Part shown: positions 29,840 to 52,209 of the stretch, in pieces
Numbering within the stretch: the stretch's first letter is position 1
How the letters are laid out: the number at the start of each line of letters is the position of its first letter
Assembly (NCBI GenBank): GCA_022571365.1
Contig: JACZXZ010000007.1
Coordinates: forward strand, 3,366 to 67,365
From: Pseudomonadota bacterium
GTDB lineage: Bacteria > Pseudomonadota > Alphaproteobacteria > G022571365
Reading direction: 5' to 3'
Length of the DNA: 64,000 bases
The notes under the pieces: model-generated
What the model was told of the DNA's origin: nothing
Databases searched by the model: none
What the model saw: the letters and a program-made list of their open reading frames with translations, nothing else
Program-made: the position numbers and the translations under genes

Positions 29840-30358
29840 GTGGATCGATCGCAAAAGGAAAAGCTAGTCGTCGCTATGCGTCGGATCTTTGAGGACACCG
29901 TCCTGGTGGTTGTCACCCACCAGGTGGGGCTCACGGTTGCTGAGATCACCGATCTCAGGCGACGGATGGACACGGCGGGAGCTGGCTTCAGGGTCACCAA
30001 GAATCGGCTCGCGCGTCTCGCCTTGAAGGATACCCGGTTCCAGGCGCTTTCCCCCTTGTTCTCGGGGCCGACGGCTATTGCCTATTCCGAGGATCCAGTG
30101 GCGGCGGCGAAAGTGGCCGTCGAGTTCGCCCGCGACAACGATAAGCTGACCATCATCGGCGGCGGCCTCGGCGAACGGGTGCTCGACGTCGTGGGCGTCA
30201 GGGCCCTCGCCGAGCTGCTGTCGCTCGACGAGTTAAGGGCAAAGCTGATCGGGCTCATTCAGTCACCGGCGACGGGCCTCGCCGGTGTCCTTCAAGCCCC
30301 GGCAGGCGAACTCACCCGGGTGACCAGCGCCTACGCGTCCAAAGATAAGGCGGCGTAG
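29840..30358 (+). CDS. rplJ: 50S ribosomal protein L10
   Basis: [20 protein letters not shown]... Confidence 0.92.
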   Translation: MDRSQKEKLVVAMRRIFEDTVLVVVTHQVGLTVAEITDLRRRMDTAGAGFRVTKNRLARLALKDTRFQALSPLFSGPTAIAYSEDPVAAAKVAVEFARDNDKLTIIGGGLGERVLDVVGVRALAELLSLDELRAKLIGLIQSPATGLAGVLQAPAGELTRVTSAYASKDKAA

Positions 30359-30401
30359 GGCCGTTTGCGATCCCAAAAGCTCAGGCCGAGGAGTAGAAAA
30401 T

Positions 30402-30791
30402 ATGGCGAATTTGGAAAAAATTGTTGACCAGCTTTCGGACCTGACCGTCCTCGAGGCGGCCGAGCTCAGCAAGATGCTTGAGGAGAAGTGGGGTGTTTCC
30501 GCCGCCGCACCGGCCGCGGTGGCCGCCGCGGCCCCTGGCGCGGCCGGGGCGGAAGCCGCCGCCGAAGCCGCCGAGGAGAAAACCGAATTCACGGTCGTCC
30601 TCACGGCTTTCGGTGACAAGAAGATCAACGTGATCAAGGAGGTTCGCGCCATCACCGCCCTCGGCCTCAAGGAGGCCAAGGATCTGGTCGAAGCGGCACC
30701 CAAGCCGGTGAAGGAAGGGGTCAGCAAGGAGGAATCCGACAAGATCAAGCAGCAGCTTGAAGAAGCCGGTGCGACGGTCGAGATCACCTGA
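30402..30791 (+). CDS. rplL: 50S ribosomal protein L7/L12
   Basis: [32 protein letters not shown]... Ala-rich hinge, C-terminal KEAKDLVE. Confidence 0.95.
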   Translation: MANLEKIVDQLSDLTVLEAAELSKMLEEKWGVSAAAPAAVAAAAPGAAGAEAAAEAAEEKTEFTVVLTAFGDKKINVIKEVRAITALGLKEAKDLVEAAPKPVKEGVSKEESDKIKQQLEEAGATVEIT

Positions 30792-31009
30792 GGTCGCAAT
30801 GGGTCCCGACGGACGGCCGGGAAAGCGTGCCCGATGAAGCGTGGCGCTCCCCGGCCTTCCTGCCTTCGCAGACCATGCCGGGCCGCGGAATTGCCGCGGC
30901 GTCCGGGCGTGACCTCACGGCGGGCTGGCGCGGCCAGCCGCCTTCGCCGGGCCCCAGGGCGGGTGTCGGCTGAAGGGCGCATATCATGACGAGTCCAAGA
31001 GGAGTGGTA

Positions 31010-39449
<8,440 letters not shown>

Positions 39450-39549
39450 TCTTCCGCATCCGCACCTCCCGCCTCCGGGCCGTGTCCTCCCGACCGCGCC
39501 GGGACGCGGAGACGGTGCTCAAAGCCCTTGGAAATCCGCCTTTTTTTGC

Positions 39550-39578
39550 TTGACTGAGGTTGGGCGTCTCACTAGTAT
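39550..39578 (+). promoter_or_regulatory. consensus sigma70-type promoter TTGACT-N17-TAGTAT upstream of rpsL
   Basis: -35 at 39550-39555, -10 at 39573-39578, preceded by a T-run (39541-39547). Confidence 0.5.
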
Positions 39579-39757
39579 GCGCCCACCTTTTTAGGGAGTT
39601 GGTGGTAGGACAAAGTCCTAGACGCAACTCCCGGCGATTGTTAAGGGAAACTCGTCCCACGCCACGCGAGTGTCGAGACTGACCCGCCGGGAGCAAGGTG
39701 GGTTTATTTTTTGCGTTTTGTCCTCGGACCGGAGCATGCGTGTAGGAAGCGACGTTC

Positions 39758-40129
39758 ATGCCGACGATCAACCAGTTGATCCGTATGCCACGGCGCGCGC
39801 CCAAGGCGCGCAACAAGGTACCTGCCTTGGAACGCTGTTCGCAGAAGCGCGGGGTATGCACGCGCGTCTATACGACGACGCCGAAAAAGCCGAACTCGGC
39901 CTTACGGAAAGTCGCCCGTGTGCGGCTCACCAACGGCTTCGAGGTCACCAGCTACATCCCCGGCGAAGGCCATAATCTGCAGGAACACTCGGTCGTCCTA
40001 ATCCGCGGCGGCCGGGTCAAGGATCTGCCGGGGGTACGCTACCACATCATCCGCGGCACCCTCGACACGCAGGGGGTCGGAGATCGCCGCCAGCGCCGCT
40101 CGAAATACGGCGCCAAGCGCCCGAAATAG
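39758..40129 (+). CDS. rpsL: 30S ribosomal protein S12
   Basis: MPTINQLIR...[11 protein letters not shown]... Confidence 0.95.
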   Translation: MPTINQLIRMPRRAPKARNKVPALERCSQKRGVCTRVYTTTPKKPNSALRKVARVRLTNGFEVTSYIPGEGHNLQEHSVVLIRGGRVKDLPGVRYHIIRGTLDTQGVGDRRQRRSKYGAKRPK

Positions 40130-40140
40130 GACAAATAGAG

Positions 40141-40611
40141 ATGCCCCGCCGCCGGGCCGCGGAGAAACGCGAGATCCTGCCCGATGCCAAGTACCGTGAT
40201 GTGGTGCTGGCCAAGTTCATCAACTGCCTGATGCACGGGGGCAAGAAATCGGGCGCCGAGAAGATCGTTTACAGCGCCTTGGACGATGTCGGAAAGCGCA
40301 CCGGACAGGAACCGCTCAAGGTCTTTCGCGAGGCGCTGGAAAACGTCAAGCCTTCCCTTGAGGTGCGCTCGCGCCGGGTCGGCGGCGCCACCTACCAGGT
40401 GCCGATCGAGGTCCGCGAGGAGCGCTCCCGGGCGTTGGCGATCCGGTGGATCATCGACGGTGCCCGCGGCCGTTCGGAGCACACCATGGTCGAGCGGCTC
40501 TCCCGCGAATTGATGGAAGCCGCAGAGAAGCGCGGCACCTCGGTGAAGAAGCGGGAAGATACCCATCGTATGGCCGAGGCCAACCGGGCCTTCTCCCATT
40601 ACCGCTGGTAG
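40141..40611 (+). CDS. rpsG: 30S ribosomal protein S7
   Basis: [20 protein letters not shown]... Confidence 0.95.
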   Translation: MPRRRAAEKREILPDAKYRDVVLAKFINCLMHGGKKSGAEKIVYSALDDVGKRTGQEPLKVFREALENVKPSLEVRSRRVGGATYQVPIEVREERSRALAIRWIIDGARGRSEHTMVERLSRELMEAAEKRGTSVKKREDTHRMAEANRAFSHYRW

Positions 40612-40640
40612 ATCGCTGGCCAGAGCAGAGTGGACCGGCC

Positions 40641-42716
<2,076 letters not shown>

Positions 42717-42766
42717 CGGCCTTTTCAGATTCTTAACTGGAGCATCCGAGGACGGAGAACACAGCG

Positions 42767-43960
42767 ATGGCGAAGAAAGCGAAGTTTGAGCGGACGAAGC
42801 CGCACTGCAATGTTGGGACGATAGGCCATGTAGATCATGGCAAGACGACGTTGACGTCGGCGATTACGAAGCTGTTGGCGGCGACGGGTGGGGCTGAGTT
42901 CATCCCGTTTGGGGAGATTGACAAGGCGCCGGAGGAGAAGGCTCGGGGGATCACGATTGCCACGGCGCATGTGGAATACGAGACCGAGCGGCGGCATTAC
43001 GCCCATGTGGACTGTCCGGGTCACGCCGATTATGTGAAGAACATGATCACGGGGGCGGCGCAGATGGACGGGGCGGTTTTGGTGGTTTCGGCGGCGGACG
43101 GTCCGATGCCGCAGACCCGGGAGCACATTCTGTTGGCGCGCCAGGTGGGGGTTCCGGCGATTGTTGTTTATCTGAACAAGGTGGACACGGTTGACGACCC
43201 GGAGCTGTTGGAATTGGTTGAGCTTGAGATCCGGGAGCTGCTCACCTCCTATGATTTTCCGGGGGACGATATACCGGTTGTGAAGGGCTCGGCGCTGGCG
43301 GCGTTGGAAGGTGGGGACAAGACTCTGGGCGAGGACTCGGTGGTGGCGTTGTTGGCGGCGATTGACGACTACATTCCCCAGCCGGACCGTGCGAAGGACC
43401 GGCCGTTTTTGATGCCGATTGAGGATGTGTTCTCGATCTCGGGCCGGGGCACGGTTGTGACCGGCCGGATCGAGCGCGGGGTTGTGAAGGTTGGCGACGA
43501 GGTTGAGATTATCGGCATCCGGGAGACCCAGAAGACGATCTGTACCGGGGTGGAGATGTTCCGCAAGCTTCTCGACCGGGGGGAGGCGGGGGACAATGTT
43601 GGCTGTCTTCTCCGGGGCGTGGGCCGGGACGAGGTGGAGCGGGGCCAGGTGTTGGCGGCGCCGGGGTCGATCACGCCGCACACCAAGTTCACGTGCGAGG
43701 CCTATATTCTGACCAAGGAGGAGGGCGGGCGGCACACGCCGTTTTTCACCAACTACCGGCCCCAGTTCTACTTCCGCACCACGGACGTGACCGGGCGGGT
43801 TGCCCTGCCGGAGGGGACGGAGATGGTGATGCCGGGGGACAACGTGTCGATGGAGGTTGAGCTGATCGCCCCGATTGCGATGGACGAAGGGCTCCGCTTC
43901 GCGATCCGCGAGGGCGGGCGCACGGTCGGGGCCGGCGTCGTCGCCTCCATCATCGAGTAG
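42767..43960 (+). CDS. tuf: elongation factor Tu (copy 2)
   Basis: Protein identical to copy 1. Nucleotide differs at one synonymous site (42784 g vs 26090 a). Confidence 0.97.
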   Translation: MAKKAKFERTKPHCNVGTIGHVDHGKTTLTSAITKLLAATGGAEFIPFGEIDKAPEEKARGITIATAHVEYETERRHYAHVDCPGHADYVKNMITGAAQMDGAVLVVSAADGPMPQTREHILLARQVGVPAIVVYLNKVDTVDDPELLELVELEIRELLTSYDFPGDDIPVVKGSALAALEGGDKTLGEDSVVALLAAIDDYIPQPDRAKDRPFLMPIEDVFSISGRGTVVTGRIERGVVKVGDEVEIIGIRETQKTICTGVEMFRKLLDRGEAGDNVGCLLRGVGRDEVERGQVLAAPGSITPHTKFTCEAYILTKEEGGRHTPFFTNYRPQFYFRTTDVTGRVALPEGTEMVMPGDNVSMEVELIAPIAMDEGLRFAIREGGRTVGAGVVASIIE

Positions 43961-44017
43961 AACCTCGAATAGCGGGAAAAGGTTAAAAGGTTAAAGGGCG
44001 AATCAAGGGTCTCGATC

Positions 44018-44326
44018 ATGGCCGGTCAAAACATCCGCATCCGTCTCAAGGCTTTCGATCATCGCGTGCTCGACCAGTCGGCCAGCGAGATCGTCAGCAC
44101 CGCCAAGCGCACCGGCGCGGGGGTCCGCGGGCCGATCCCCCTTCCCACCAAGATCGAAAAGTACACGGTGAACCGTTCGCCGCATATCGACAAGAAGTCG
44201 CGAGAGCAGTTCGAGATCCGTATCCACAAGCGGCTTCTCGACATCATCAATCCAACGCCCCAGACGGTGGACGCGCTGATGAAGCTGGATCTCGCGGCCG
44301 GCGTCGACGTGGAGATCAAGCTCTAA
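44018..44326 (+). CDS. rpsJ: 30S ribosomal protein S10
   Basis: [21 protein letters not shown]... Confidence 0.95.
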   Translation: MAGQNIRIRLKAFDHRVLDQSASEIVSTAKRTGAGVRGPIPLPTKIEKYTVNRSPHIDKKSREQFEIRIHKRLLDIINPTPQTVDALMKLDLAAGVDVEIKL

Positions 44327-44339
44327 AGGGGCCGCGCTC

Positions 44340-45173
44340 ATGCGATCCGGACTCATCGCACAGAAGGTCGGGATGACCCGCGTCTTCACCGAAGACGGCA
44401 CGCACGTGCCCGTGACCGTGTTGAAGATCGACGGTTGCCAGGTGGTGGCGACCCGCACCTCGGAGCGCCACGGCTATACGGCCGTCCAGCTCGGGTTCGG
44501 TGGAGCCAAGGTCAAGAACGTGACCAAGCCCATGCGCGGCCATTTCGCCAAGGCCAAGGTTGAGCCCAAGCGGAAGCTGGCCGAGTTCCGGGTCAGCCCC
44601 GACGCGCTGATCGAGGTCGGCGCGGAGCTCACGGCCGACCATTTCGTCTGCGGCCAGTATGTCGATGTCGCCGGGACGGCCATCGGCAAGGGGTTTGCCG
44701 GGGTCATAAAACGCCATGGGTTCCGGGGCTTGGGGGCCTCCCACGGCGTCTCGGTGAGCCACCGCAAACAAGGCTCGACCGGCCACAGCCAGGATCCGGG
44801 CAAGGTCTTCAAGGGCAAGAAAATGGCCGGCCATATGGGCGACATCCGGGTCACTACCCAGAACCTCCAGGTCGTTTCCACCGACGCCGAAAACGGCCTC
44901 ATCCTGATCCGGGGCGCGGTGCCGGGCGCCAAAGGCAGCTACGTGCTGGTCACCGATGCCCGGAAGAGACGGCTGCCCGAGGGCGTGCCGTTCCCAGCCG
45001 GCCTGCGCCAGACCGGCCAGCCGGCGGCGGCGGACAAGAGCGCGGCTTCCGCGCCGGCCGCTCAGGCGTCCGATGAGCCGGCAGCGGAGGCCGAAGAGAC
45101 GGCGGCGGAGGCCGAAGAGACGGCGGACGACTCCACCTCGGATGCGGCCGGGGTTCCGGAGGCCAAGGATTGA
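44340..45173 (+). CDS. rplC: 50S ribosomal protein L3 (with acidic Ala/Glu-rich C-terminal extension)
   Basis: [16 protein letters not shown]... 277 aa. C-terminal ~60 aa low-complexity with a 21-bp x2 repeat. Confidence 0.92.
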   Translation: MRSGLIAQKVGMTRVFTEDGTHVPVTVLKIDGCQVVATRTSERHGYTAVQLGFGGAKVKNVTKPMRGHFAKAKVEPKRKLAEFRVSPDALIEVGAELTADHFVCGQYVDVAGTAIGKGFAGVIKRHGFRGLGASHGVSVSHRKQGSTGHSQDPGKVFKGKKMAGHMGDIRVTTQNLQVVSTDAENGLILIRGAVPGAKGSYVLVTDARKRRLPEGVPFPAGLRQTGQPAAADKSAASAPAAQASDEPAAEAEETAAEAEETADDSTSDAAGVPEAKD

Positions 45174-45795
45174 TGGCCATGAAGTGCAAGGTTATCAGCC
45201 TGGACAACAGGTCGGCCGGGAGCATCGAGCTGGACGACGAGGTATTCGGCCTGCCCGTTCGCAAGGATATCCTTCAGCGCATGGTCAACTGGCAGCTCGC
45301 GAAACGCCGTGCCGGCACCCATAAAACCAAGGGTTTGAGTGAGGTCCGAGGCTCGACCCGCAAGCCGCACCGGCAGAAGGGCACCGGCCGGGCCCGGGCC
45401 GGCACCCGTCGCGCCCCCCAGCACCGGGGCGGCGCCGTGGTCTTCGGCCCCGTGGTGCGCAGCCATGGCTTCAAGCTGCCCAGGAAGGTGCGCAGGCTTG
45501 CGCTGAAGACCGCGCTGTCGAGTAAGCAGGCCGACGGCAAGCTGGTGGTGCTTGAGGCGGCCGAGTTGGATGAGGCCAAGACCCGGGAGCTGGCGAAGCG
45601 CCTCGATGCGCTCGGCTGGTCGTCGGCGCTGATCATCGACGGTCCGGAGCTGAACCAGAACTTCGTCCGCGCCGCGGCCAACCTTCCCCAAGTCGACCTG
45701 CTGCCCCAGCAAGGCGCCAACGTCTACGACATCTTGCGCCGCGACACCCTGGTGCTGACCCGGGATGCGGTCCAGCATCTGGAGGCCCGGCTGAA

Positions 45796-45799
<4 letters not shown>
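45173..45799 (+). CDS. rplD: 50S ribosomal protein L4
   Basis: ATG overlaps rplC stop. [26 protein letters not shown]... Confidence 0.92.
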
Positions 45800-46119
<320 letters not shown>

Positions 46120-46122
46120 GCC

Positions 46123-46953
46123 ATGGCTTTGAGGACCTTCAATCCCACCACCCCGTCGCGCCGCGGCCTCGTCCTGGTCGACCGCTCGGAGTTGTGGAAG
46201 GGCAAGCCGGTCAAGGCGTTGACCGAGGGCCTCTCGGGCAAGGGCGGGCGCAACAACACCGGCCGCATCACCGCCCGGCGCATTGGCGGCGGCCACAAGC
46301 GGCGCTACCGCATCATCGATTTCAAACGGCGCAAGTTCGACGTGCCGGCGACGGTGGAAAGGCTCGAATACGATCCCAATCGGACCGCGTTCATCGCCCT
46401 CATTCGCTATGCTGACGGCGAGCCGTCCTACATCCTGGCGCCGCAGCGGCTTAAGGCGGGCGATCGGGTGACTTCGGGCGAGCGGGCCGACATCAAACCG
46501 GGCAACGCCATGCTGCTGAAGAACATCCCGACCGGCACCATCATTCACAACGTGGAGATGAAACCGGGTAAAGGCGGGCAGCTGGCGCGGGCCGCCGGCA
46601 CCTATGCCCAGCTGGTGGGGCGGGATGCCGGCTACGCGCTGCTCAAGTTGTCGTCGGGCGAGGTGCGGATGGTGCTGGCCGAATGCATGGCGAGCATCGG
46701 CGCGGTGTCCAACCCGGACCAACAGAACATCAAGCTCGGCAAGGCCGGCCGCAAGCGCTGGTTGGGCAAACGGCCTTCGGTGCGGGGCGTCGCCATGAAC
46801 CCGGTCGATCACCCCCATGGCGGCGGCGAAGGCCGGAGCTCGGGCGGCCGCCATCCGGTCACACCGTGGGGAAAACCGACCAAGGGCAAGAGGACGCGCA
46901 AGAAGAACAAGCCCACGGACGCGCTGATCGTCCGGTCTCGGCATCGCAAGTAA
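46123..46953 (+). CDS. rplB: 50S ribosomal protein L2
   Basis: [29 protein letters not shown]... Confidence 0.95.
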   Translation: MALRTFNPTTPSRRGLVLVDRSELWKGKPVKALTEGLSGKGGRNNTGRITARRIGGGHKRRYRIIDFKRRKFDVPATVERLEYDPNRTAFIALIRYADGEPSYILAPQRLKAGDRVTSGERADIKPGNAMLLKNIPTGTIIHNVEMKPGKGGQLARAAGTYAQLVGRDAGYALLKLSSGEVRMVLAECMASIGAVSNPDQQNIKLGKAGRKRWLGKRPSVRGVAMNPVDHPHGGGEGRSSGGRHPVTPWGKPTKGKRTRKKNKPTDALIVRSRHRK

Positions 46954-46967
46954 AAGGGGGACTGGAG

Positions 46968-47246
46968 GTGCCTCGTTCAGTCTGGAAAGGACCGTTTGTG
47001 GACGGCTATCTGCTCAAGAAGGCGGACGCACTCCGCGTCTCCGGCCGTAATGAGGTCATCAAGACGTGGTCGCGCAGGTCCACCATCCTGCCCCAGTTCG
47101 TGGGGCTCACCTTCGGCGTCCACAATGGCCACAAGTTCGTGCCGGTGCTGGTGACAGAAGACATGATCGGCCACAAATTCGGCGAGTTTTCGCCGACCCG
47201 CACGTTCTACGGCCACGCCGCCGACAAGAGGGCGAGGAGGGGCTGA
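46968..47246 (+). CDS. rpsS: 30S ribosomal protein S19
   Basis: GTG start after SD AAAGGGGGA. (M)[17 protein letters not shown]... In-frame part of ORF 46683..47246. Confidence 0.88.
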   Translation: MPRSVWKGPFVDGYLLKKADALRVSGRNEVIKTWSRRSTILPQFVGLTFGVHNGHKFVPVLVTEDMIGHKFGEFSPTRTFYGHAADKRARRG

Positions 47247-47249
47247 GCC

Positions 47250-47639
47250 GTGGGCAAACAATCCGCCGAACGCCGTCTGGCCGACAACGAGGCGCGGGCC
47301 TACGCCCGCCTCCTGCGCGTGAGCCCGCGCAAGCTCAACCTGGTGGCCCAGTTGATCCGCGGCAAGGACGCGAGCGCTGCGCTCACGGATCTCACCTTCT
47401 CGAAGCGGCGCATCGCGCGTGAGGTCAAAAAGGTTCTGGAATCAGCCGTCGCCAATGCCGAGAACAACCACCAGCTCGACGTCGACCGGCTGTTCGTCGC
47501 CGAGGCCACGGTGGGCCGGAGCCTGGTCATGAAACGCTTCCGCGCCCGCGCCCGCGGACGCCCCGGCGGCATCCAGAAACCGATTTCCAATCTGACCGTG
47601 ATTGTGCGCGAGCGCGAGGAGGCGGAGGAGGAAGCCTGA
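47250..47639 (+). CDS. rplV: 50S ribosomal protein L22
   Basis: GTG start. [30 protein letters not shown]... Confidence 0.92.
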   Translation: MGKQSAERRLADNEARAYARLLRVSPRKLNLVAQLIRGKDASAALTDLTFSKRRIAREVKKVLESAVANAENNHQLDVDRLFVAEATVGRSLVMKRFRARARGRPGGIQKPISNLTVIVREREEAEEEA

Positions 47640-48328
47640 TGGGCCAGAAGGTTAATCCGATCGGATTTAGGCTGGGCATCAACCGCACCTGGGATTCGCG
47701 GTGGTTCGCCGGCCGCGATTACGCCGACTTGCTCCACAAAGACCTGCGCTTGCGCGACTACCTGTTCAAGCGTCTGGACCAGGCCGGCGTGAGCAGGATC
47801 GTCATCGAGCGGCCGGCCAAGAAGGCGCGGATCACCATTCACACCGCCCGGCCCGGCGTGGTGATCGGCAAGAAAGGCACCGATATCGATAAGCTGCGCG
47901 CCGATCTGGTAAAGATGACGGGCGGCGAGGTGCACCTCAACATCGTGGAGATCCGTAAACCCGAAATCGAGGCCAAGCTGGTTGCCGAGAACATCGCCCA
48001 GCAGCTCGTGCGCCGGATCGCCTTCCGCCGCGCCATGAAGCGGGCGGTGCAGTCGGCCATGCGGCTCGGTGCCCTTGGCATCCGAATCAACTGCGGCGGC
48101 CGACTGGGCGGCTCGGAGTTCTCGCGCATGGAGTGGTACCGCGAGGGCCGGGTGCCGCTCCACACCCTGCGCGCCGAGGTGGACTACGGCGTGGCGACGG
48201 CCCGAACCACTTACGGCACCTGCGGCGTCAAGGTATGGATCTTCAAGGGCGAGGTCATGGCCCACGACCCGATGGCCCAGGACAAACGCATTGCCGAGCA
48301 GCAACAGTTTGGCCGCCCGCGCGCGTGA
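47639..48328 (+). CDS. rpsC: 30S ribosomal protein S3
   Basis: [24 protein letters not shown]... Confidence 0.95.
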   Translation: MGQKVNPIGFRLGINRTWDSRWFAGRDYADLLHKDLRLRDYLFKRLDQAGVSRIVIERPAKKARITIHTARPGVVIGKKGTDIDKLRADLVKMTGGEVHLNIVEIRKPEIEAKLVAENIAQQLVRRIAFRRAMKRAVQSAMRLGALGIRINCGGRLGGSEFSRMEWYREGRVPLHTLRAEVDYGVATARTTYGTCGVKVWIFKGEVMAHDPMAQDKRIAEQQQFGRPRA

Positions 48329-48348
48329 GCTGAAGAGGACCAAGAGCT

Positions 48349-48768
48349 GTGTTGAGCCCCAAGCGCACCAAGTACAGAAAGCAGCATAAGGGTCGTATCC
48401 ACGGCATGGCCAGGAGCGCGACCAGCCTCCATTTCGGCTCATACGGCCTCAAGGCGGCCTCGCCGGGCCGGGTCACGGCGCGCCAGATCGAGGCGGCGCG
48501 GCAGGCACTCACCCGTCACATGAAACGCGCCGGCCGCGTGTGGATTCGCATCTTCCCGGACGTGCCGGTCTCCGCCAAGCCGGCCGAGGTGCGCATGGGC
48601 AGCGGCAAGGGCTCGCCCGAATACTGGGCGTGCCGGGTCAAGCCGGGACGGATCATGTTTGAAATCGACGGCGTGCCCCCGGACCTGGCGCGACGCGCGC
48701 TCGAACTCGCCGCCTCCAAGCTTTCGGTCGACACCCGCTTCATCACGCGCGTCGGCCTGGAGGACTGA
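48349..48768 (+). CDS. rplP: 50S ribosomal protein L16
   Basis: GTG start. [16 protein letters not shown]... Confidence 0.93.
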   Translation: MLSPKRTKYRKQHKGRIHGMARSATSLHFGSYGLKAASPGRVTARQIEAARQALTRHMKRAGRVWIRIFPDVPVSAKPAEVRMGSGKGSPEYWACRVKPGRIMFEIDGVPPDLARRALELAASKLSVDTRFITRVGLED

Positions 48769-48771
48769 GCC

Positions 48772-48969
48772 GTGAAAGCCGAGGACCTGCGTGCCAAGAC
48801 CGATGACGAGCTCACGGACCAGTTCAAGGACCTCAAGAAGGAGGCGTTCAACCTGCGCTTCCAGCGGGCCAGCGGTCAGCTCGAGAACACCGCGCGGGTG
48901 CGCCAGGTGCGCCGCGACATCGCCCGCATCAAGACGACCCTCATCGAGAGGCGTCGGGCGGCGAGCTGA
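48772..48969 (+). CDS. rpmC: 50S ribosomal protein L29
   Basis: GTG start. [31 protein letters not shown]... Confidence 0.9.
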   Translation: MKAEDLRAKTDDELTDQFKDLKKEAFNLRFQRASGQLENTARVRQVRRDIARIKTTLIERRRAAS

Positions 48970-48979
48970 GGGGACGAAG

Positions 48980-49225
48980 ATGCCAAGGCGAATCCTGCAA
49001 GGAACGGTGGTCGCCGATGCCTGTGACAAGACGGTCACCGTGCGCGTGCACCGCCGGTTCAAGCATCCGTTCTATAAGAAATTCATCGTGCGCTCGAACA
49101 AATTTGCCGCCCATGACGAGGAAAACCGGTTCAAGGTGGGCGATGCCGTGCGCATCCGCGAATGCCGCCCGCGCTCGAAACGCAAGTGCTGGGAAGTGAT
49201 CGCCGAGGACGGCGAGGCGGGGTAG
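48980..49225 (+). CDS. rpsQ: 30S ribosomal protein S17
   Basis: [35 protein letters not shown]... In-frame start inside ORF 48791..49225. Confidence 0.9.
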   Translation: MPRRILQGTVVADACDKTVTVRVHRRFKHPFYKKFIVRSNKFAAHDEENRFKVGDAVRIRECRPRSKRKCWEVIAEDGEAG

Positions 49226-49231
49226 GAAAGC

Positions 49232-49600
49232 ATGATTCAGATGCAGACCATTCTGGGAGTCGCGGACAACTCCGGTGCCCGCAAGGTGCAGTGCATCAAG
49301 GTGCTGGGCGGCTCCAATCGCAAGACCGCCTCGATCGGCGACGTCATCGTCGTCTCGGTCAAGGAGGCGATCCCGCGCGGCCGCGTGAAAAAGGGCGAAA
49401 TCCACCGCGCCCTGGTGGTTCGCACGGCTAAGGAGATTCGCCGACCCGACGGCAGCGCCATTCGCTTCGATCGCAACGCCGCGGTGCTCATCACCACCCA
49501 AGGCGAGCCCATTGGCACGCGCATTTTCGGCCCCGTCACCCGCGAGCTCAGGGCCAAGCGCTACCTGAAAATCATCTCGCTCGCGCCGGAGGTGTTGTGA
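49232..49600 (+). CDS. rplN: 50S ribosomal protein L14
   Basis: [28 protein letters not shown]... Confidence 0.95.
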   Translation: MIQMQTILGVADNSGARKVQCIKVLGGSNRKTASIGDVIVVSVKEAIPRGRVKKGEIHRALVVRTAKEIRRPDGSAIRFDRNAAVLITTQGEPIGTRIFGPVTRELRAKRYLKIISLAPEVL

Positions 49601-49923
49601 CCGCCGTCAAGATGAAAATTAAGAAAGGCGATAGCGTGATCGTCATCACCGGCAGGGACAAGGGCAAGATGGGCGACGTGCTGAAAGTCCTGCGCCGCGA
49701 GAACCGGGTCATCGTGCAGGGCGTGAACGTGGTTAAGCGGCATACGCGGCCGGGCCCCAAGCAAGCCGGTGGCATTGTCGAGAAGGAGCTGCCGATCCAG
49801 GTCTCCAACATCGCTCTTGTCGACCCGGACTCCGACGCGCCGACCCGGGTCGGCTACAAGTTCCTCGAGGGGGGCCGCAAGGTCCGCTTCGCCCGGCGGT
49901 CCGGCGAGATCATCGACCGTTAG
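49597..49923 (+). CDS. rplX: 50S ribosomal protein L24
   Basis: GTG 49597 overlaps rplN stop, with GGAGG 4 nt upstream. Alternative ATG 49612 ([14 protein letters not shown]...). KOW motif present. Confidence 0.85.
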   Translation: MTAVKMKIKKGDSVIVITGRDKGKMGDVLKVLRRENRVIVQGVNVVKRHTRPGPKQAGGIVEKELPIQVSNIALVDPDSDAPTRVGYKFLEGGRKVRFARRSGEIIDR

Positions 49924-49934
49924 GCGGACGCGCC

Positions 49935-50474
49935 ATGCCGAGACTCAAGGACCACTACGACACGACGGTAAAGCCGGCCCTCGTGCAGCAGTTCGGTTAC
50001 AAGAATCCCATGCAGGTGCCACGGCTCGAGAAAATCGTTGTCAATATGGGGATCGGCGAGGCCGTCCAGGACGCCAAGAAGATGGAAGCCGCGGTCGGCG
50101 ACATGGCACTGATCACCGGCCAGAAGCCCATCGTGATCAAGGCCAAAAAGTCGGTCGCCACGTTCAAGTTGCGCAAGGGCATGGCGATCGGCTGCAAGGT
50201 GACCTTGCGGGGGACGCGAATGTATGAGTTCCTCGATCGCCTGATCACCGTCGCCTTGCCGCGGGTGCGCGACTTCCGCGGTCTGTCGAACGGGAGCTTT
50301 GACGGGCGTGGCAACTTAGCCCTCGGTCTCAAGGAACAGATCGTGTTTCCCGAGATCGATTACGACAAGGTCGATGAGATCCGTGGCATGGACGTCATCA
50401 TCGTCACCACGGCCAAGACCGATGCTGAAGGCTTGGCGTTGCTCAAGGGTTTCGACATGCCGTTCGGAAGCTGA
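49935..50474 (+). CDS. rplE: 50S ribosomal protein L5
   Basis: [33 protein letters not shown]... Confidence 0.95.
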   Translation: MPRLKDHYDTTVKPALVQQFGYKNPMQVPRLEKIVVNMGIGEAVQDAKKMEAAVGDMALITGQKPIVIKAKKSVATFKLRKGMAIGCKVTLRGTRMYEFLDRLITVALPRVRDFRGLSNGSFDGRGNLALGLKEQIVFPEIDYDKVDEIRGMDVIIVTTAKTDAEGLALLKGFDMPFGS

Positions 50475-50492
50475 TTTGAGGAGGTCTCAGAC

Positions 50493-50798
50493 ATGGCAAA
50501 GGTGAGTGCTGTCGAGAAAAATAGGAAACGCAAGCGCCTGGTTGAGAAATACACGGCCAAGCGTGCCCGGCTGAAGGCGATCGCGTGCGACCTGTCGCTG
50601 CCGTCCGAGGAGCGTTTTCTCGCGCGGCTGAAGCTGGCCAAGCTGCCGCGCAATTCCTCGCCGGTCAGGGTGCGCAACCGGTGTGATCTCACCGGCCGTC
50701 CGCGCGGCTTCTACCGCAAGTTCAGGTTATCGCGCATTGCGCTCAGGGAGCTTGCCAGCTCCGGACAGATCCCCGGCATGGTCAAGTCGAGCTGGTAG
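50493..50798 (+). CDS. rpsN: 30S ribosomal protein S14
   Basis: [20 protein letters not shown]... Confidence 0.93.
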   Translation: MAKVSAVEKNRKRKRLVEKYTAKRARLKAIACDLSLPSEERFLARLKLAKLPRNSSPVRVRNRCDLTGRPRGFYRKFRLSRIALRELASSGQIPGMVKSSW

Positions 50799-50925
50799 GC
50801 GAGGTCTCAAGCCATGACTATGAGCGATACCGTGGGGGACATGCTGACGCGTCTCAGAAGTAGGCGAGGTTTCAAGCCATGACTATGAGCGATACCGTGG
50901 GGGACATGCTGACGCGTATCAGAAA
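50796..50925 (+). repeat. 65-bp tandem duplication (2 copies, 3 mismatches) spanning the rpsN stop, SD and first 14 codons of rpsH
   Basis: Copy 1 50796-50860, copy 2 50861-50925. Both begin with 'taggcgaggtNtcaagccatgactatgagcgataccgtgggggacatgctgacgcgt'. Confidence 0.85.
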
Positions 50926-51277
50926 TGGTCAGCGCGCGCACAAGCCGGCCGTGAGCTCTCCGGCCTCGAATCTGCGTGCCAACGTGCTCGAAGTGCTGAA
51001 GCGGGAAGGCTATATTCGCGGCTATTCCCGCCATGAAATCCGGACGGGGATCTCCGAGCTGCGAATCGAGCTCAAATACTACGAGGGCGAGCCCGTGATT
51101 AAGGAGATCACCCGGGTCTCCAAGCCCGGCCGCCGCGTCTATTCCAAGATCAAGGACTTGCCGTCGGTCTATGGCGGGCTCGGCATCGCCATCCTGTCGA
51201 CGCCGCGCGGGGTAATGTCGGACAGCGAGGCGCGTACCGCCCATGTCGGCGGCGAGGTCTTGTGCCGGGTATTTTAA
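50879..51277 (+). CDS. rpsH: 30S ribosomal protein S8
   Basis: [22 protein letters not shown]... Confidence 0.93.
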   Translation: MTMSDTVGDMLTRIRNGQRAHKPAVSSPASNLRANVLEVLKREGYIRGYSRHEIRTGISELRIELKYYEGEPVIKEITRVSKPGRRVYSKIKDLPSVYGGLGIAILSTPRGVMSDSEARTAHVGGEVLCRVF

Positions 51278-51286
51278 GGAAAGGCC

Positions 51287-51820
51287 ATGTCGCGCATCGG
51301 TAGTAATCCGGTCGAAGTGCCGGGCGGGGTCGAAATCCAAGTCTCCGGCCAGACGGTGACCGCCAAGGGCAGGCTGGGTGAGCGCAGCGTGACCCTGGTC
51401 GACGGAATCACGGTCAGGCTAGAGGACAACAAGCTGTGGCTCAAGCCGCGCGACGAGTCGAAGCGGGCGCGGGCCATGTGGGGCACCTCCCACAGCATGG
51501 TCGACAATCTGGTGACCGGCATCGGCGAAGGGTTCACGGCCACCTTGGAGATCAGCGGCGTGGGTTATCGCGCCGCCGTACGGGATAAGACGCTCCACCT
51601 GCAGATCGGATACAGCCACGATGTCGCGTATCCGGTCCCCGAGGACATCGCCATCACCTGCGAACGCCCGACCTTGATCTCGATTACCGGCGCGGACAAG
51701 CAGCGGGTGGGACAGGTGGCCGCCGAAATCCGTGCGCTGCGTAAGCCGGAGCCGTACAAGGGCAAGGGCATCAAGTATGAGAACGAGATCGTCCGCCGCA
51801 AGGAAGGCAAGAAGAAGTAG
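51287..51820 (+). CDS. rplF: 50S ribosomal protein L6
   Basis: [28 protein letters not shown]... Confidence 0.95.
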   Translation: MSRIGSNPVEVPGGVEIQVSGQTVTAKGRLGERSVTLVDGITVRLEDNKLWLKPRDESKRARAMWGTSHSMVDNLVTGIGEGFTATLEISGVGYRAAVRDKTLHLQIGYSHDVAYPVPEDIAITCERPTLISITGADKQRVGQVAAEIRALRKPEPYKGKGIKYENEIVRRKEGKKK

Positions 51821-51830
51821 AGCCTGCGCC

Positions 51831-52193
51831 ATGCCTACCACAAAGCAGTTGTCCGAGCGCCGCAAGGCGCGGACCCGCACCCGAATCCGAAAAAGGAGCG
51901 GGGGCCGGCCGCGTCTTTCGGTATTCCGTTCGAGCCGGCATATCTACGCTCAGGTGATCGACGATAGTCGCGGCGTCACGCTTGCGGCGGCCTCCACCTT
52001 GGACAAGGCTCTCAAGGGCAAGCTCAAGACGGGGGCCGGTGTCGAGGCCGCCCGGGAAGTCGGCCGCCTGATCGCCGACCGGGCTCAGGCCGCCGGGGTC
52101 AGGGAAGTGGTCCTCGACCGCGGCGCCTATATTTACCATGGGCGGGTCAAGGCCTTCGCGGAGGCTGTTCGCGAGGGGGGTCTGTCGTTCTAG
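51831..52193 (+). CDS. rplR: 50S ribosomal protein L18
   Basis: [44 protein letters not shown]... In-frame start inside ORF 51732..52193. Confidence 0.9.
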   Translation: MPTTKQLSERRKARTRTRIRKRSGGRPRLSVFRSSRHIYAQVIDDSRGVTLAAASTLDKALKGKLKTGAGVEAAREVGRLIADRAQAAGVREVVLDRGAYIYHGRVKAFAEAVREGGLSF

Positions 52194-52209
52194 CTGGAAG
52201 GATCGGTAT

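Noticed and set aside
30792-31009. rplL-rpoB intergenic hairpins (e.g. CCGCGG-AATTG-CCGCGG at ~30887-30903) as a novel element
   Set aside because: Consistent with the well-known partial terminator/attenuator between rplL and rpoB. Nothing beyond expectation.
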